Of a stretch of 32,000 nucleotides of DNA, positions 10,052-20,742 are shown in pieces. How positions within the stretch are numbered: the first letter of the stretch is position 1; each line of letters begins with the position of its first letter. The DNA comes from Planctopirus limnophila DSM 3776 (GTDB lineage: Bacteria; Planctomycetota; Planctomycetia; Planctomycetales; Planctomycetaceae): assembly GCF_000092105.1 (NCBI RefSeq), contig NC_014148.1, positions 3,300,001 to 3,332,000 of the forward strand, in the 5' to 3' direction. Both the position numbers and the translations under genes were made by a program. The notes under the pieces are model-generated. The model did no database searches. It was not told the origin of the DNA and saw only the letters and a program-made list of their open reading frames with translations.

Positions 10052-11167
10052 ATGCAATTGAGTACGAACCCCAAGTCCTCCAGCCAGAAGCTCCGTGGAA
10101 TTCTGACCCCAAACATTGTGCCGCTGGATAATCAGGGGCGGATCCATGAATCAGAACTTCGCCGCTATGTGGATTGGCTGATTGCCCATGGTGTTCATGG
10201 ACTCTACCCCAACGGTTCGACGGGAGAATTCCTCAGGTTTACCGCCGATGAACGCCGCGAAATTATGCGGATCATTCTGGATCAGGTGCGCGGCCGTGTC
10301 CCCGTATTAGCCGGTGCAGCTGAAGCCAATACGCGGGAAACGATCCGTGCCTGTGAAACGTACTACGACATGGGTGCAACGGCTGTCGCCATTGTTTCCC
10401 CCTTCTATTACAAGCTGAGTCCGCGGGCGGTTTACGCGTATTTCAAAGAGATTGCCGACAACACGCCCATCGATGTGACTCTCTATAACATTCCTTTGTT
10501 TGCCAGCCCGATTGACGTACCGACCGTCGAACGCCTGGCTTTCGACTGTCCCAAAATTGTGGGCATCAAGGATTCTTCCGGCGACTTGCCACACATGGCC
10601 CGCATGATTCAAGCGATCCGGCCACATCGCCCCGATTTCAGTTTTCTCACGGGCTGGGATGCGTCTCTTGTTCCCATGCTGCTCATGGGTTGCGATGGTG
10701 GTACCAATGCCAGCTCAGGCGTTGTTCCAGAGATCACCCGCAAGCTGTTCGATCTCTGTGAACTGGGTCAGTATCACCAGGCCCGTGAAATCCAATTCGA
10801 GTTGATCACTTTGTTCGACGCCATGATCGGTGCCGCCGAATTCCCCGATGGCTTTCGACTCGGCGTACGCTTGAGAGGCTTCGAAACTGGCGCTGGTCGT
10901 CAACCTCTCACTGCCGAGCAACAGACCGAACTGTCGAAACTGGCCGACACTCTGCAGTGCCTGCTCGCCCGGCACGGCCTGACCAATGCTCCTCACTCCG
11001 GTTGCGACCCCAAAATGGCGCCGGCAGCACTCACCTTCGGCAGTACTCCGCTCACATCATCACCATCCGGCAAGGCAGACACTCCACCGGTTCCAACACC
11101 ACTGACGGAAGATCAACTCACACAGATCGTCCAAACGGTTCTGACTGAACTCGGACGACCACGCTAG
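10052..11167 (+). CDS. Dihydrodipicolinate synthase/N-acetylneuraminate lyase family (class I aldolase-type) protein with a ~70-aa Pro/Ser/Thr-rich C-terminal extension.
   Basis: [11 protein letters not shown]...[12 protein letters not shown]...VLAGA...YNIP...[10 protein letters not shown], with the Schiff-base lysine in the GIKDSSG context. ATG at 10052 preceded by AGGAA. The TTG at 9989 is a less likely start. Confidence 0.85.
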   Translation: MQLSTNPKSSSQKLRGILTPNIVPLDNQGRIHESELRRYVDWLIAHGVHGLYPNGSTGEFLRFTADERREIMRIILDQVRGRVPVLAGAAEANTRETIRACETYYDMGATAVAIVSPFYYKLSPRAVYAYFKEIADNTPIDVTLYNIPLFASPIDVPTVERLAFDCPKIVGIKDSSGDLPHMARMIQAIRPHRPDFSFLTGWDASLVPMLLMGCDGGTNASSGVVPEITRKLFDLCELGQYHQAREIQFELITLFDAMIGAAEFPDGFRLGVRLRGFETGAGRQPLTAEQQTELSKLADTLQCLLARHGLTNAPHSGCDPKMAPAALTFGSTPLTSSPSGKADTPPVPTPLTEDQLTQIVQTVLTELGRPR

Positions 11168-11408
11168 AAACTTTTTCCGTCAGAAATATAGATCTCGGAA
11201 TCTGGCCAGTTTGACTGCTTCAGTCAGGTTGGAACACCTGCCCGCAACGGAGAATCTCTCATGATTTGAGAACGTCACATGCTTGCTGGATCAATCAGAC
11301 ATCAGCAGCTCGACTGACTCTTATGCATGCCCTCTGGAAGTCTCAGAGAACTCACCTCACCGGGGATTTGTTCGAGTTCTCTTCCAAGAAAATCCTGCCA
11401 TTCACCTG

Positions 11409-11448
11409 TGCCATGGGTCCTCTTTTCAGCGGAAGAGTGCCCATGGCA
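11409..11448. other. Long hairpin or inverted repeat in the intergenic region downstream of the DHDPS-family gene.
   Basis: TGCCATGGGTCCTCTT-TTCAGCGG-AAGAGTGCCCATGGCA: 14 of 16 positions complementary (2x2 internal mismatch), 8-nt loop. Confidence 0.35.
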
Positions 11449-11565
11449 TTCTCATTGGTATGAGATCGTTTCGACATACGAAGACACGACAAAAATTCGC
11501 GAGTGTCCTGTTTCTCAAAAAGTAAAATTAACTTTCCGTTAGATTCCCGATGAAGAACCAAGAGC

Positions 11566-11613
11566 AACAATATTAAGAACAACATTATTAACAATTCATA
11601 AACCATTCATCAG
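11566..11613. repeat. Four phased ~12-nt imperfect direct repeats inside an AT-rich tract upstream of DUF1559-C.
   Basis: AACAATATTAAG / AACAACATTATT / AACAATTCATAA / ACCATTCATCAG are head-to-tail. They sit within a strikingly AT-rich ~200-nt stretch (about 11520-11720) in an otherwise moderate-GC window. Confidence 0.4.
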
Positions 11614-11804
11614 AATAGATTTACAACATCGTTAGCTAATGCATCTTAACAAATATAAACAGCACTCTCCATTTTCACACATTTCCTTAACTTTTTATTC
11701 ATATTCACAAGGAAGATTTCGCCTGACGCTCGCCAGTCCGTGATGTTGCAGTGATGTTCGCCTGCAAACGATTGGCCCACACTTTCGCAGGTCAGGATTC
11801 TGAA

Positions 11805-12875
11805 ATGCTTCGTTTGAATGCGGCTCAACGTCGCGGCTTTACTTTGATTGAACTTCTCGTCGTGATCGCCATTATCGCGATCCTGATTGCACTGCTGTTA
11901 CCAGCCGTTCAACAGGCCCGTGAAGCAGCCCGGCGGACACAGTGCCGTAACAACCTCAAGCAGATGGGGCTGGCACTCCACAACTACGAATCCACCTTCA
12001 GTCGTTTTCCAAGTGCTGGTGAATTCACCGATCGCCGTGGTGGAACGTACTACCGAACGTTCACACCCACATCGACCTTTGTGCAGATTCTGCCATACAT
12101 CGATCAGGCACCGCTCTACAACCAGTTCAACTTCAATTTCCACTACTCGAATGGCTTTGTTGCCGGCACATCGACGGGCAATGCTCTGGCTGCACAGGCC
12201 AAGATCAATGCCTTCCTGTGCCCTTCAAATGCCAACACACCGGTCGATCCACAGAACTTCGGCCAGACAGATTACATGCCTGTCGCCTACACCGACCTCA
12301 ACGGTACGACAGGCGAACGCGCTAAGCTCAACACGACCTGGGATCGTGACTCCGTTCTGGGATTCTTCAACCGGCTAAGTGACACAACCGATGGTTTGAC
12401 CAACACCATTGCCATCATCGAAGATTCGGGCAAAACGACTGTCGTCACAGGCTCTTACACCGCCGGTGCTCTTTTCGGCCCCGTCGCAGGTACTCCGCTG
12501 ACACAGCAAGGCGTCGTCGCAGCCGCCATGCCCGGAACTTCGAACACATGCCCCAATCGCTGGGCTGATCCAGATTCAGGGAGTGGTGTCTCCGGTTCCC
12601 CACTTCGCGATCCAGCCAGCACATCGCCGGCTTACAGCGCAACAGCTCCAATTGCCGTCATCAACAACAACAAAACGCCCAATGGTGGTGGAACAGCATG
12701 TCCCTGGAGTTCCAACAACTGCGGGCCCAACGATGAGCCATTCAGCCTCCACACCGGTGGTGTCCATGCCCTGCTCGGCGATGGCAGCGTGAAATTCATC
12801 TCCGAGAACATTGACGTCCAGACCGTCCGCCGCCTGCTCAGCCGTGCGGATGGCGAACAAGTGGGCGAGTTCTAA
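11805..12875 (+). CDS. DUF1559-C: prepilin-type N-terminal cleavage/methylation domain protein with H-X9-DG motif. No lipoprotein partner.
   Basis: ATG at 11805 with AGGA 7 nt upstream. [65 protein letters not shown].... C-terminal [12 protein letters not shown]. Confidence 0.9.
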   Translation: MLRLNAAQRRGFTLIELLVVIAIIAILIALLLPAVQQAREAARRTQCRNNLKQMGLALHNYESTFSRFPSAGEFTDRRGGTYYRTFTPTSTFVQILPYIDQAPLYNQFNFNFHYSNGFVAGTSTGNALAAQAKINAFLCPSNANTPVDPQNFGQTDYMPVAYTDLNGTTGERAKLNTTWDRDSVLGFFNRLSDTTDGLTNTIAIIEDSGKTTVVTGSYTAGALFGPVAGTPLTQQGVVAAAMPGTSNTCPNRWADPDSGSGVSGSPLRDPASTSPAYSATAPIAVINNNKTPNGGGTACPWSSNNCGPNDEPFSLHTGGVHALLGDGSVKFISENIDVQTVRRLLSRADGEQVGEF

Positions 12876-13038
12876 AACCCATGGTCTGATCAACGAAAAA
12901 CATGCCTGCTTTGGCAAGTCTGATTTTCTAATGTGATCAGTTCCAGCAAGATCGATATTCCCGGCATGACCATGATGTCCGGGCTTGGCCAGGTGGTTTC
13001 CCCCTCGAAGGACACCACCTGGCTTCATTTGCTGACGA

Positions 13039-14004
13039 CTATTCGGATCGCTTCAGATCAAGAACAGATTGGCCATCCAGCTTCCAGCTCGCCTGAGGGA
13101 CAATCCCCAGGTAGTCCAGAGCGGTAGCGACAATATCCACCTGATAGGTCGGTTCACTCGTTTTTCCGGCCTTCACCTCTGTCCCACTGGCAATGATGAA
13201 AACGTGGCGAATCTCAGGCTTTTCCCGGCCACCACCATGATTCGTCCCCGAGCCACCATGATCCGTACAGACAAGAATCAACCAGGCTTCTTGAGATGTC
13301 TTTTGCCTTTCGTCAATCGCTGCTAACAATCGACCGATATATCCATCGACGCGCTCAATCGACTCGACGTACTTCTTCACAGTGGGATGAAACCCATTTC
13401 CATGCCCTGTTTCATCGACTTGGCCAAAGTAGCAAACGACGACATCTGATTTTCCTGCACGAATACACTTCGCAGCTGCAGTCGAGAGTTCGTCATCAGC
13501 GACCAAATAATCCTGGGCATGTTGAGCCTTCGCGTTGATCGTCTCATCGGAGTGGGACAGAATCTTTTCAGCAATCGGTGGCCAACTGCTGAACGACGCT
13601 GTTTTCAACTCAGGCCGGGCCTCTTTCACTCGGGCAAAAAAGTGAGGGTACTCCATATAACTCGATCCCTTAAAGGAGTTATCGACCACTCCATGTTTAT
13701 CAGGCCAGACACCCGTCAATAGATTCGACCAACCCGGCCCACTGACGGTATCTCCTTTGGTTTCGCGACTGGCCAGAATATCGGTGTTTTCGCAGTACAA
13801 TCCCTGCTTGACCAAACGATCCAGATGGGGCGTATGGGCCGCCTCGATCGCATCCGGTCGGCAGCCATCGATCCCGATCATCAAGACTTTGCGAACGGGT
13901 TTGGCTTCAGCACCCGAAGTATCGCTTGCCAACACAGCCAAACAGATCACCGCCAGCAACACGCCGCCCCAACCTGCGAAAAACTTTCGACTTCTCTTTG
14001 ACAT
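13039..14004 (-). CDS. Secreted alkaline-phosphatase-superfamily enzyme (type I phosphodiesterase/nucleotide pyrophosphatase-like).
   Basis: ATG at 14004 gives MSKRSRKFFAGWGGVLLAVICLAVLASDTSGAEA, a signal peptide. Metal-site motifs are MIGIDGCRPD, QVDETGHGNGFH and CTDHGG. Confidence 0.8.
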   Translation of the reverse strand: MSKRSRKFFAGWGGVLLAVICLAVLASDTSGAEAKPVRKVLMIGIDGCRPDAIEAAHTPHLDRLVKQGLYCENTDILASRETKGDTVSGPGWSNLLTGVWPDKHGVVDNSFKGSSYMEYPHFFARVKEARPELKTASFSSWPPIAEKILSHSDETINAKAQHAQDYLVADDELSTAAAKCIRAGKSDVVVCYFGQVDETGHGNGFHPTVKKYVESIERVDGYIGRLLAAIDERQKTSQEAWLILVCTDHGGSGTNHGGGREKPEIRHVFIIASGTEVKAGKTSEPTYQVDIVATALDYLGIVPQASWKLDGQSVLDLKRSE

Positions 14005-14173
14005 GCATCTCTTCTCCCAAAGAACCAACGGCACCTGATTTAGCTGACACGATCTCCCGAAACCGAAATGGTCTCGATGTTTCGTCAATCAGCTTACCCA
14101 GGCACTGCCTCGGTGCCATTGATCAAATGAGATAGACATTTGCCCGAAGTGATCTTTCATTGATACCAATGCG

Positions 14174-14205
14174 AAGGGCTACCAGAAAGTTCTCTGGTAG
14201 CCCTT
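14174..14205 (-). terminator. 13-bp perfect hairpin 35 nt downstream of the alaS stop (terminator candidate, no clear U-tract).
   Basis: AAGGGCTACCAGA-AAGTTC-TCTGGTAGCCCTT, located between alaS and the next minus-strand gene. Confidence 0.45.
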
Positions 14206-14239
14206 GGAAATCCTGCAATGAATTAAGCAAAGGGGAGCA

Positions 14240-16852
14240 CTAACCGCCGAGTTTATTCTTCAGGAATGCCAGACCTTCCTGCAAAGCTTCATCGAGTTTT
14301 TCCGGGATCTTGCCACCGGCCTCGGCCAGTTCGGCTCGACCACCTCCACCGCCGCCAACCAGTTTGGCAGCCGCCTTGACGGCATCGCTGGCACTGAACC
14401 GCTGGGCCAGGTCTTTGGTTGCGCCGGCAATCAACGAAACCTTACCATCGACCGCCTGTCCCACAAGAACCGCTGCCGATCCCGCTTGAGCACGAATCTG
14501 ATCGACCAGTTCTTTGAGCTGCTCGCGGGCCAGCTCATCAGCACGGTGGACAATCACCTTGATGTCGCCCACCATCGGCGCATCATTCACCAGTTTGGCA
14601 GCCATACCAGCGAGTGATTGCGAGGCGTACTGAGAGAGTTCCTTCTTCGCCACGCGCAGTTCATCCTGCAGCGCTGCGACCTTGCGTGGCAACTCTTCAG
14701 CAGTCGTGGCTTTCACCAGCATTCCCACTTCCCGCAGGAGATTTTCGGATTCCCGCATACGGGCAATCGCCTTAGGGCCTGTGACGCAACTGATGCGGCG
14801 CACACCGGCAGCAACCAGTTCATCCTTCACCACGCGGCAGATACCAACCTGCCCGGTGTTCGAAAGATGTGTACCGCCGCAGAATTCGCGACTGAAATCT
14901 CCCATTTCAACCACGCGGACAAAATCGGGATACTTCTCACCAAAGAGGGCCATCGCTCCCAGTTTTTTGGCCTCATTAATGGGCATCACGCGCGTGTTGA
15001 TTGGAGCCCCTTCCGCAATCAACTGGTTGATCTGATCTTCAATCGAGATCAATTCTTCATTCGTCAGGCTGCGCGGATGAGCAAAGTCGAAACGCAGCTG
15101 ATCCCCTTCGACCTTCGAACCACGCTGAGTCGCGTTTTCCCCCAAAGTCGTTCGCAAAGCATGATGCAGAATGTGTGTGGCCGAGTGAGCACGGCGGATA
15201 GCGGCTCGACGGTGGGCATCGACACCGGCGGTGACTTCTTCTCCCACCTTCAGCGAACCCGCTTTGAGTTGCCCAATGTGGACAAAGAGTTCGCCATCCT
15301 TCTGAGTATCGTAAACGGTGAATTCACCGCTGGCAGTGCGAATAGTACCGGTATCACCGACCTGACCACCCGATTCACCATAGAACGGTGTCTTGTCGAG
15401 AACGATCCCAATGGTGACCAGTGGGCTGGAATAGCTTTCGGCCAGTTTCTTATCTGCAATAATGCCGCGAATTGTGGCCTTGGATTCGATGGCCTCATAG
15501 CCCAGGAACTCTGTCCCGCCACTCTTTTTGAGGGCATCAATCGGCCCTTCCGACATCACAGAATCTGCAAACGCTCCGCGTCCGCTCGCCTTTTTGGCCT
15601 CTTCCCGGCACTCTTTGAAGCGGGCCATATCGACTGATACACCCTCTTGAGCGGCTAACGTCTCAGTCAGCTCAATCAGGAAGCCGTCAGTCTGATGCAG
15701 ATCAAACGCTTCGTCACCAGAAAGTGAAGTTCGATTCGCACTTCTGGCCTGATCGACCAGCTTGCGGAACTTGGTCAGGCCACGCTCCACCACACCAAGA
15801 AACTGCTTTTCTTCTGACTCGATCACATGCGAGACGGCTTCAATCGTCTGGTGCAGTTCGGGATAAGGCTTCCGCATGACTTCAGCAATCATGGGCACCA
15901 GTTGCGAAAGGAATGGCTCTCGTTTTCCTAACAGGAAGCCTTCCATCGAAGCCCGCCGCAGAAGCAGTCGAATGATGTAGTTTTCTTTCTCCGGGCCAGG
16001 GACACAGCCCTCATGGATGGCGAACGTACAGGCACGGACATGATCGGCAATGCGGCGAAGTGGTCGGCCCACAGGGCTGGCAAAGTCATACTTGACCCCC
16101 AGGATCTCACCGCCGCGGTCACACAATGGCCGGAGAATATCGATCTCGTAGTTGCTCTCGAAGCCCTGCATGACCGCTGCAGTCCGCTCCAGGCCCATCC
16201 CGGTGTCGATATTCTTTTTAGGTAATGGCCTCAAATTGTTCGGAGGATCCCCCACGCGATTGAACTGCGTGAAGACGAGATTCCAGATTTCGACTTTCTT
16301 GCCGCTGGGTGGCGTGTAGTAAATTTCACTGCAAGGGCCGCAGACACCATCCGGGCCATTGGTGGGTGAACCGGCAGGCCAGAAGTTTTCATATTCGTCT
16401 TCGCGGGTAATCTGCTTCGAGTCGAGGCCAATTTCGTTCTGCCAGATACCGACCGCCTCATCGTCGTCCAGATAAGCGGTGACAGTCAGTCGCGAGGGTT
16501 CCAGGCCCAGCCACTTCTTGTCCGTCAGGAATTCCCACGCCCAGTGGATGGCTTCTCGCTTGAAGTAATCTCCAAACGAAAAATTCCCCAGCATTTCAAA
16601 GAAGGTGTGGTGATACGACGTCACCCCGACATTGCTGATATCACCCGTGCGCAGGCACTTCTGGCAGGTTGTGGCCTTGGTGAAATCGAGAGGCCCGATT
16701 CCAAGAAACTGATTCTTGAACTGATTCATCCCCGCAGGTGTGAAAAGAACGGTTGGATCATCTTTTGGAACCAACACATCCGAAGGGCGACGGAGACAAC
16801 CCTTCCCGACGAAGAAATCAAGATACTTTTCGCGGAGTTCATCTGTCTTCAT
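14240..16852 (-). CDS. alaS: Alanine--tRNA ligase.
   Basis: [19 protein letters not shown]..., a class II catalytic core, the [11 protein letters not shown] (HxxxH) editing-domain motif, and a C-terminal DHHA1-like region ending [15 protein letters not shown]. The ATG at 16852 is preferred over the ORF-track start at 16927. Confidence 0.95.
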   Translation of the reverse strand: MKTDELREKYLDFFVGKGCLRRPSDVLVPKDDPTVLFTPAGMNQFKNQFLGIGPLDFTKATTCQKCLRTGDISNVGVTSYHHTFFEMLGNFSFGDYFKREAIHWAWEFLTDKKWLGLEPSRLTVTAYLDDDEAVGIWQNEIGLDSKQITREDEYENFWPAGSPTNGPDGVCGPCSEIYYTPPSGKKVEIWNLVFTQFNRVGDPPNNLRPLPKKNIDTGMGLERTAAVMQGFESNYEIDILRPLCDRGGEILGVKYDFASPVGRPLRRIADHVRACTFAIHEGCVPGPEKENYIIRLLLRRASMEGFLLGKREPFLSQLVPMIAEVMRKPYPELHQTIEAVSHVIESEEKQFLGVVERGLTKFRKLVDQARSANRTSLSGDEAFDLHQTDGFLIELTETLAAQEGVSVDMARFKECREEAKKASGRGAFADSVMSEGPIDALKKSGGTEFLGYEAIESKATIRGIIADKKLAESYSSPLVTIGIVLDKTPFYGESGGQVGDTGTIRTASGEFTVYDTQKDGELFVHIGQLKAGSLKVGEEVTAGVDAHRRAAIRRAHSATHILHHALRTTLGENATQRGSKVEGDQLRFDFAHPRSLTNEELISIEDQINQLIAEGAPINTRVMPINEAKKLGAMALFGEKYPDFVRVVEMGDFSREFCGGTHLSNTGQVGICRVVKDELVAAGVRRISCVTGPKAIARMRESENLLREVGMLVKATTAEELPRKVAALQDELRVAKKELSQYASQSLAGMAAKLVNDAPMVGDIKVIVHRADELAREQLKELVDQIRAQAGSAAVLVGQAVDGKVSLIAGATKDLAQRFSASDAVKAAAKLVGGGGGGRAELAEAGGKIPEKLDEALQEGLAFLKNKLGG

Positions 16853-17009
16853 GTTCGATCGGCTGCCGTGCCTGCAAGGCGATTGAGGAAACGTCCGGGC
16901 ATGCAAGTTCATGCCTTTCCCTGACAACTTATCACAATCGGCAAAACCGGTGCATCCTCAGCATCGCGAATTGTCGCGCAACGCTTGCCGATTTCCACAA
17001 ATTTGGCAC

Positions 17010-18572
17010 TTATTCGGCTTCCACTGTCACTTGCCGACCATCTGCCAGCGTGAGTTTGAGCTTGCCGGTCGCCGCAGTTACCAAAGTTGTGAATTCTGCC
17101 GGAGTCCCAACGGGTTGCCCATTGACCTCCGCAATAAAGTCCCCGACATGGAGCCCCGCCCGACTACCGGCACTCTCTGCCACGATTTCCGTCACCAGCA
17201 CGCCCGGGAGAAAGCGAATGGGCTGTGGCAAAAGTTTCCATCGCCCCGTCGAGTAATCGACTGTTAATCCCCTCAAAGCAGCTCGCCTGGCCCCCGACGC
17301 CACAATCTGATCTTCCCAGTCGACGGGCCACTTCCCGAGTTTTATAGAAAGCTGCAATTCCTGCTGACCACGTAAAACCTTGAATGGAACGACTGTTCCC
17401 GGTGCCTTCAAACCCACTTCCCGCATGAGGTCATCCCCTTGAAGGATATGCACCCCTCCAATTTCCAGCACGATATCCCCGGGCTCAATCCGACCGTTCC
17501 ATGCCGGTGAATAAGGGTAAGCCATCTCTACCTGAGTACCGTACAACACACGCGGGTACCCTTCGATGATCCGGGGTATGACCACTGGGGCTCGATTGAG
17601 GCTCACGCCTAGAAATCCGTACTCCACTTCCTCGCCGCGAATCAGCGACTCCACAATCCGCCGGACGCCTGCATCAAACGGAATAACAAAACCACTCGAC
17701 TTCTCATAACCATCCAAGGCGGCCAGCGAACTTCCAATACCCACGAGTTCCCCATTGAGGTTGATAGCGGCTGCCCCACTCATCCCCAAAGAAAGTCGTG
17801 CGTCGACCTGCCAAAGGGTGCCAAAATAATGAATGGTGGGCTTCGCTTTGCGGGAATCATCCCGAGCCACCAGCGGATCTGGAGGCGGACGACGGGTCAT
17901 ATTGGAAATCATGCCCATCGTGACACTGGCTGAACCATCGCGTGCAATCGCATACGGATTCCCCAACAGCAGCACAAACTGCCCTTTGGTCATCTCATCC
18001 GCTCGGCCTAATTCCAACGGTGTGAGATTTAAATCACCTGATCTCAAAGCACCGCTATCAAGCGCAAGAACAGCCAGGTCACTTCGAGGATCGGCTGCGA
18101 AAACTGTCGCCCAGCAACCCTTACGTCCCGCAAATGTGACGAACAGCCGCGATTGATCCCCTTTCACAGGCTGCCCATACCGCTGTCCATTTCGCACAGC
18201 GTGATAACAGGTGAGCACCACAGGTTCCTGAGGATTCGCCCCGCGAATCAGAATCCCGCTCGCAAACTCATTGGGAACAAAATCAGGGTCGAGCGGATCC
18301 AGCCGGGTTACCCGCTGATCCGGGCCAATGATCATTTCCGTCGCCGATGGACGCACCCGGGCAATGCTGACAATCGCCCCTTGATTCCGCTCAACCAGAT
18401 CTTGAACCGTCTTTTCGAATGCGACCACAGGGAGAGCTGGAGCCTGTGCCAGAAGTGTCGTCGAGCAGCAAGCACCACACGCGAGAACCACGACCAGCAA
18501 TCCGCGCAACGATGCTCTTGCTGCGTAAACAGCTTTGAAGACGGGCGGCGTGGACTCACATGACCACATCAC
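17010..18572 (-). CDS. Secreted trypsin-like S1C (HtrA/DegP-like) serine protease with two PDZ-like domains.
   Basis: Signal peptide LLVVVLACGACCSTTLLAQA. Triad contexts TCYHAV, SDLAVLAL and GMSGAAAINLNGELVGIG. PDZ-like segments EPGDIVLEIGGVHI and LHVGDFIAEVNGQPV. Confidence 0.85.
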   Translation of the reverse strand: MMWSCESTPPVFKAVYAARASLRGLLVVVLACGACCSTTLLAQAPALPVVAFEKTVQDLVERNQGAIVSIARVRPSATEMIIGPDQRVTRLDPLDPDFVPNEFASGILIRGANPQEPVVLTCYHAVRNGQRYGQPVKGDQSRLFVTFAGRKGCWATVFAADPRSDLAVLALDSGALRSGDLNLTPLELGRADEMTKGQFVLLLGNPYAIARDGSASVTMGMISNMTRRPPPDPLVARDDSRKAKPTIHYFGTLWQVDARLSLGMSGAAAINLNGELVGIGSSLAALDGYEKSSGFVIPFDAGVRRIVESLIRGEEVEYGFLGVSLNRAPVVIPRIIEGYPRVLYGTQVEMAYPYSPAWNGRIEPGDIVLEIGGVHILQGDDLMREVGLKAPGTVVPFKVLRGQQELQLSIKLGKWPVDWEDQIVASGARRAALRGLTVDYSTGRWKLLPQPIRFLPGVLVTEIVAESAGSRAGLHVGDFIAEVNGQPVGTPAEFTTLVTAATGKLKLTLADGRQVTVEAE

Positions 18573-18646
18573 AATATTTCCCGCAGAACTCCAGCCCTAA
18601 CCAACACCCTGGATCCCAGTCACTTCCAGGTGATTCTCACTTGGAG

Positions 18647-19705
18647 TCACTCTCCCTTGGAAGAGGTGGAAATGTGTTGACCAGCGGCATGCAGTTCCAG
18701 CACCTTGGCCTTGATCTCGGCCATCAACTCCGGATGCTCTTCCAGATAGATCCGGGCTTTATCCCGGCCCTGACCGAGCTTGACTTCGCCATAAGTAAAC
18801 CAGCTACCACTTCGCTCAACGAGCCGCGCAGCGACCCCCAGATCAAGAAGATCGCCAGAAAAGCTGATTCCCTGTGAACTCAGCATGTCAAACTCAGCCA
18901 CACGGAATGGGGGTGCGACTTTGTTTTTGACAATCTTGACCTTCATGCGCATCCCGGTCGTGACATCCCCCTCTTTCAAAGTTGCCAGCCTCCGGACATC
19001 AGCCCGGACGGAGCAATAGAACTTGAGAGCCCGCCCGCCAGGAGTTGTTTCCGGGCTGCCGAACATCACGCCGATCTTCTCACGAATCTGATTGATAAAG
19101 ATCACTACGGTTTTAGCTTTGGAGATCACCCCGGTCAGCTTACGCATGGCCTGGCTCATCATGCGGGCCTGCAGCCCCACATGCGAATCGCCAATCTCGC
19201 CCTCCAGTTCCGCTTTAGGAACCAGCGCCGCGACCGAGTCAATCACCACGACGTCAACAGCGTTCGATTTGATCAGCATCTCGGCAATCTGCAGAGCTTC
19301 TTCTCCCGTCGAAGGCTGGCTGACCAGTAACTCTTCCAGATTCACTCCCAGCTTTTTCGCCCAGGCAGGATCCAGTGCATGTTCAGCATCGATAAAGGCC
19401 GCAATCCCTCCCTCACGCTGTGAATTCGCAATGCAATGCAGGGCCAGCGTGGTTTTACCGCTTGATTCGGGCCCGAAGATCTCAACGATCCGGCCCCGTG
19501 GAAAGCCTTTACCACCCAGTGCCAAATCCAGCGACAACGCCCCGGAACCAATCCCGTCAACATCCATGCCGGCATCGGTCAACTTCATGATCGAGCCGCG
19601 ACCAAAGGCCTTTTCGATCTGCCCCAGTGTGTTATCGAGCAACTTCACATGCTCGCGTTCAACTTCTGCAGCAGATTTCTTGTCTGGCTTGGCCTTCGGC
19701 GACAT
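18647..19705 (-). CDS. recA: Recombinase RecA.
   Basis: [20 protein letters not shown] (Walker A), [11 protein letters not shown]2-loop-like [28 protein letters not shown]. Confidence 0.97.
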   Translation of the reverse strand: MSPKAKPDKKSAAEVEREHVKLLDNTLGQIEKAFGRGSIMKLTDAGMDVDGIGSGALSLDLALGGKGFPRGRIVEIFGPESSGKTTLALHCIANSQREGGIAAFIDAEHALDPAWAKKLGVNLEELLVSQPSTGEEALQIAEMLIKSNAVDVVVIDSVAALVPKAELEGEIGDSHVGLQARMMSQAMRKLTGVISKAKTVVIFINQIREKIGVMFGSPETTPGGRALKFYCSVRADVRRLATLKEGDVTTGMRMKVKIVKNKVAPPFRVAEFDMLSSQGISFSGDLLDLGVAARLVERSGSWFTYGEVKLGQGRDKARIYLEEHPELMAEIKAKVLELHAAGQHISTSSKGE

Positions 19706-19759
19706 CCTGAGTCATCCTTTTTGAAATCTTTTCCGGTCAATCACAATCCGTACGCAGCC

Positions 19760-19776
19760 ACATTCATCGTGAATGT
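19760..19776. promoter_or_regulatory. Perfect 7-3-7 palindrome in the recA upstream region (candidate repressor operator, possibly LexA/SOS-type).
   Basis: ACATTCA-TCG-TGAATGT, 55-71 nt upstream of the recA start codon. Confidence 0.4.
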
Positions 19777-19836
19777 ACAAAAATACAAGAAACCAAATGA
19801 ACAGTCAACAGCCTGCATGAAATGGATTTCGTTTGA

Positions 19837-20583
19837 TCACTTCGAAAGCTCTGCCAACACTTCTTCCGACACGCTGAAATTCGACATCACATTCTGAATG
19901 TCATCGTTGTCTTCGAGAGCATCAATTAAAGCCAGGACGGCTCGCCCCATCTCCAGATCAAGCTCGACCGTGTTCTGCGGCAGCATGGTGATTTCTGCAG
20001 ATTCCATCGGTATTCCGGCTTTCTCCAGGGCTTCCCCCACAGGAGTAAACGTCTCCGGGGGACAAATCACAGAAAAACCACCAGCGTCGGCGGTGACATC
20101 CAGTGCCCCGGCATCGAGCGCAATCTCCATCAGCGTGTCTTCATCGGTCACGCCTGCCTTCACCGCATAGAGCCCTCGGCGATCAAACATCCAGGCCACA
20201 CAACCTGTGCTGCCAAGATTCCCGCCATGGATATCAAAAATCCGGCGGACTTCACCTGCTGTACGATTCCGGTTCTCTGTCAGAATGTCACAGAGGACAG
20301 CCACACCACCGGGGCCATAACCTTCATAGAGTACCTGCTCGTAATTGTCGGCCTGAAGCTCGCCTGTCCCTTTTTTGATCGCCCGTTCGATCGTATCCGC
20401 AGGCATACTCGACTTTTTGGCGCGATCAATTGCATAGCGCAGCGCGAGATTCGCAGCCGGATCCCCCCCCCGCTGTGCAGCCACAATAATAGCCTTGGAA
20501 AGCTTGCCAAAGAGCTTCCCTCGCTTTTGATCGTATCGTCCCTTCTTGTGAGCGATATTCGCCCAATGGGAATGGCCAGCCAT
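19837..20583 (-). CDS. yebC: YebC/PmpR-family DNA-binding transcriptional regulator.
   Basis: MAGHSHWANIAHKKGRYDQKRGKLFGKLSKAIIVAAQRGGDPAANLALRYAIDRAKKSSMP... is the canonical YebC N-terminus. Confidence 0.95.
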   Translation of the reverse strand: MAGHSHWANIAHKKGRYDQKRGKLFGKLSKAIIVAAQRGGDPAANLALRYAIDRAKKSSMPADTIERAIKKGTGELQADNYEQVLYEGYGPGGVAVLCDILTENRNRTAGEVRRIFDIHGGNLGSTGCVAWMFDRRGLYAVKAGVTDEDTLMEIALDAGALDVTADAGGFSVICPPETFTPVGEALEKAGIPMESAEITMLPQNTVELDLEMGRAVLALIDALEDNDDIQNVMSNFSVSEEVLAELSK

Positions 20584-20742
20584 ACTGTCTATCTCTTCTC
20601 AACAAGCAGATTCAGTTCAAAAACTAACGACGAAGCGACAGATTTCATCTCTTCAGCTGATAGCGAACCTCGCAGAATGACCCGTTTTTGGCCCATATAC
20701 AAGGGCTTGATTAAGGGAGGCCAGCTGATCACATACAAAATA

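Noticed and set aside
11352-11606. 84-aa minus-strand ORF (and the overlapping plus-strand 65-80-aa ORFs at 11266..11542) in the intergenic region.
   Set aside because: It lies partly in the AT-rich tract and has a poly-Leu/Ile translation typical of AT-rich non-coding DNA. It has no ribosome-binding site and no family resemblance.
12876-13038. Search for a degenerate lipoprotein partner downstream of DUF1559-C, including ORF 12933..13127 and the minus-strand ORF 12576..13028.
   Set aside because: Only 163 nt separate the convergent genes. Neither ORF has a signal peptide or the AKY...FN.EL motif. An 8-bp bulged hairpin (about 12960..12983) is more consistent with a shared terminator region.
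19889-19901. ACATTC-T-GAATGT palindrome, resembling the recA-promoter palindrome.
   Set aside because: It lies inside the 3' end of the yebC coding region and has different half-site spacing (1 nt versus 3 nt). It is probably coincidental, and it would only be worth revisiting if a genome-wide motif search supports variable spacing.
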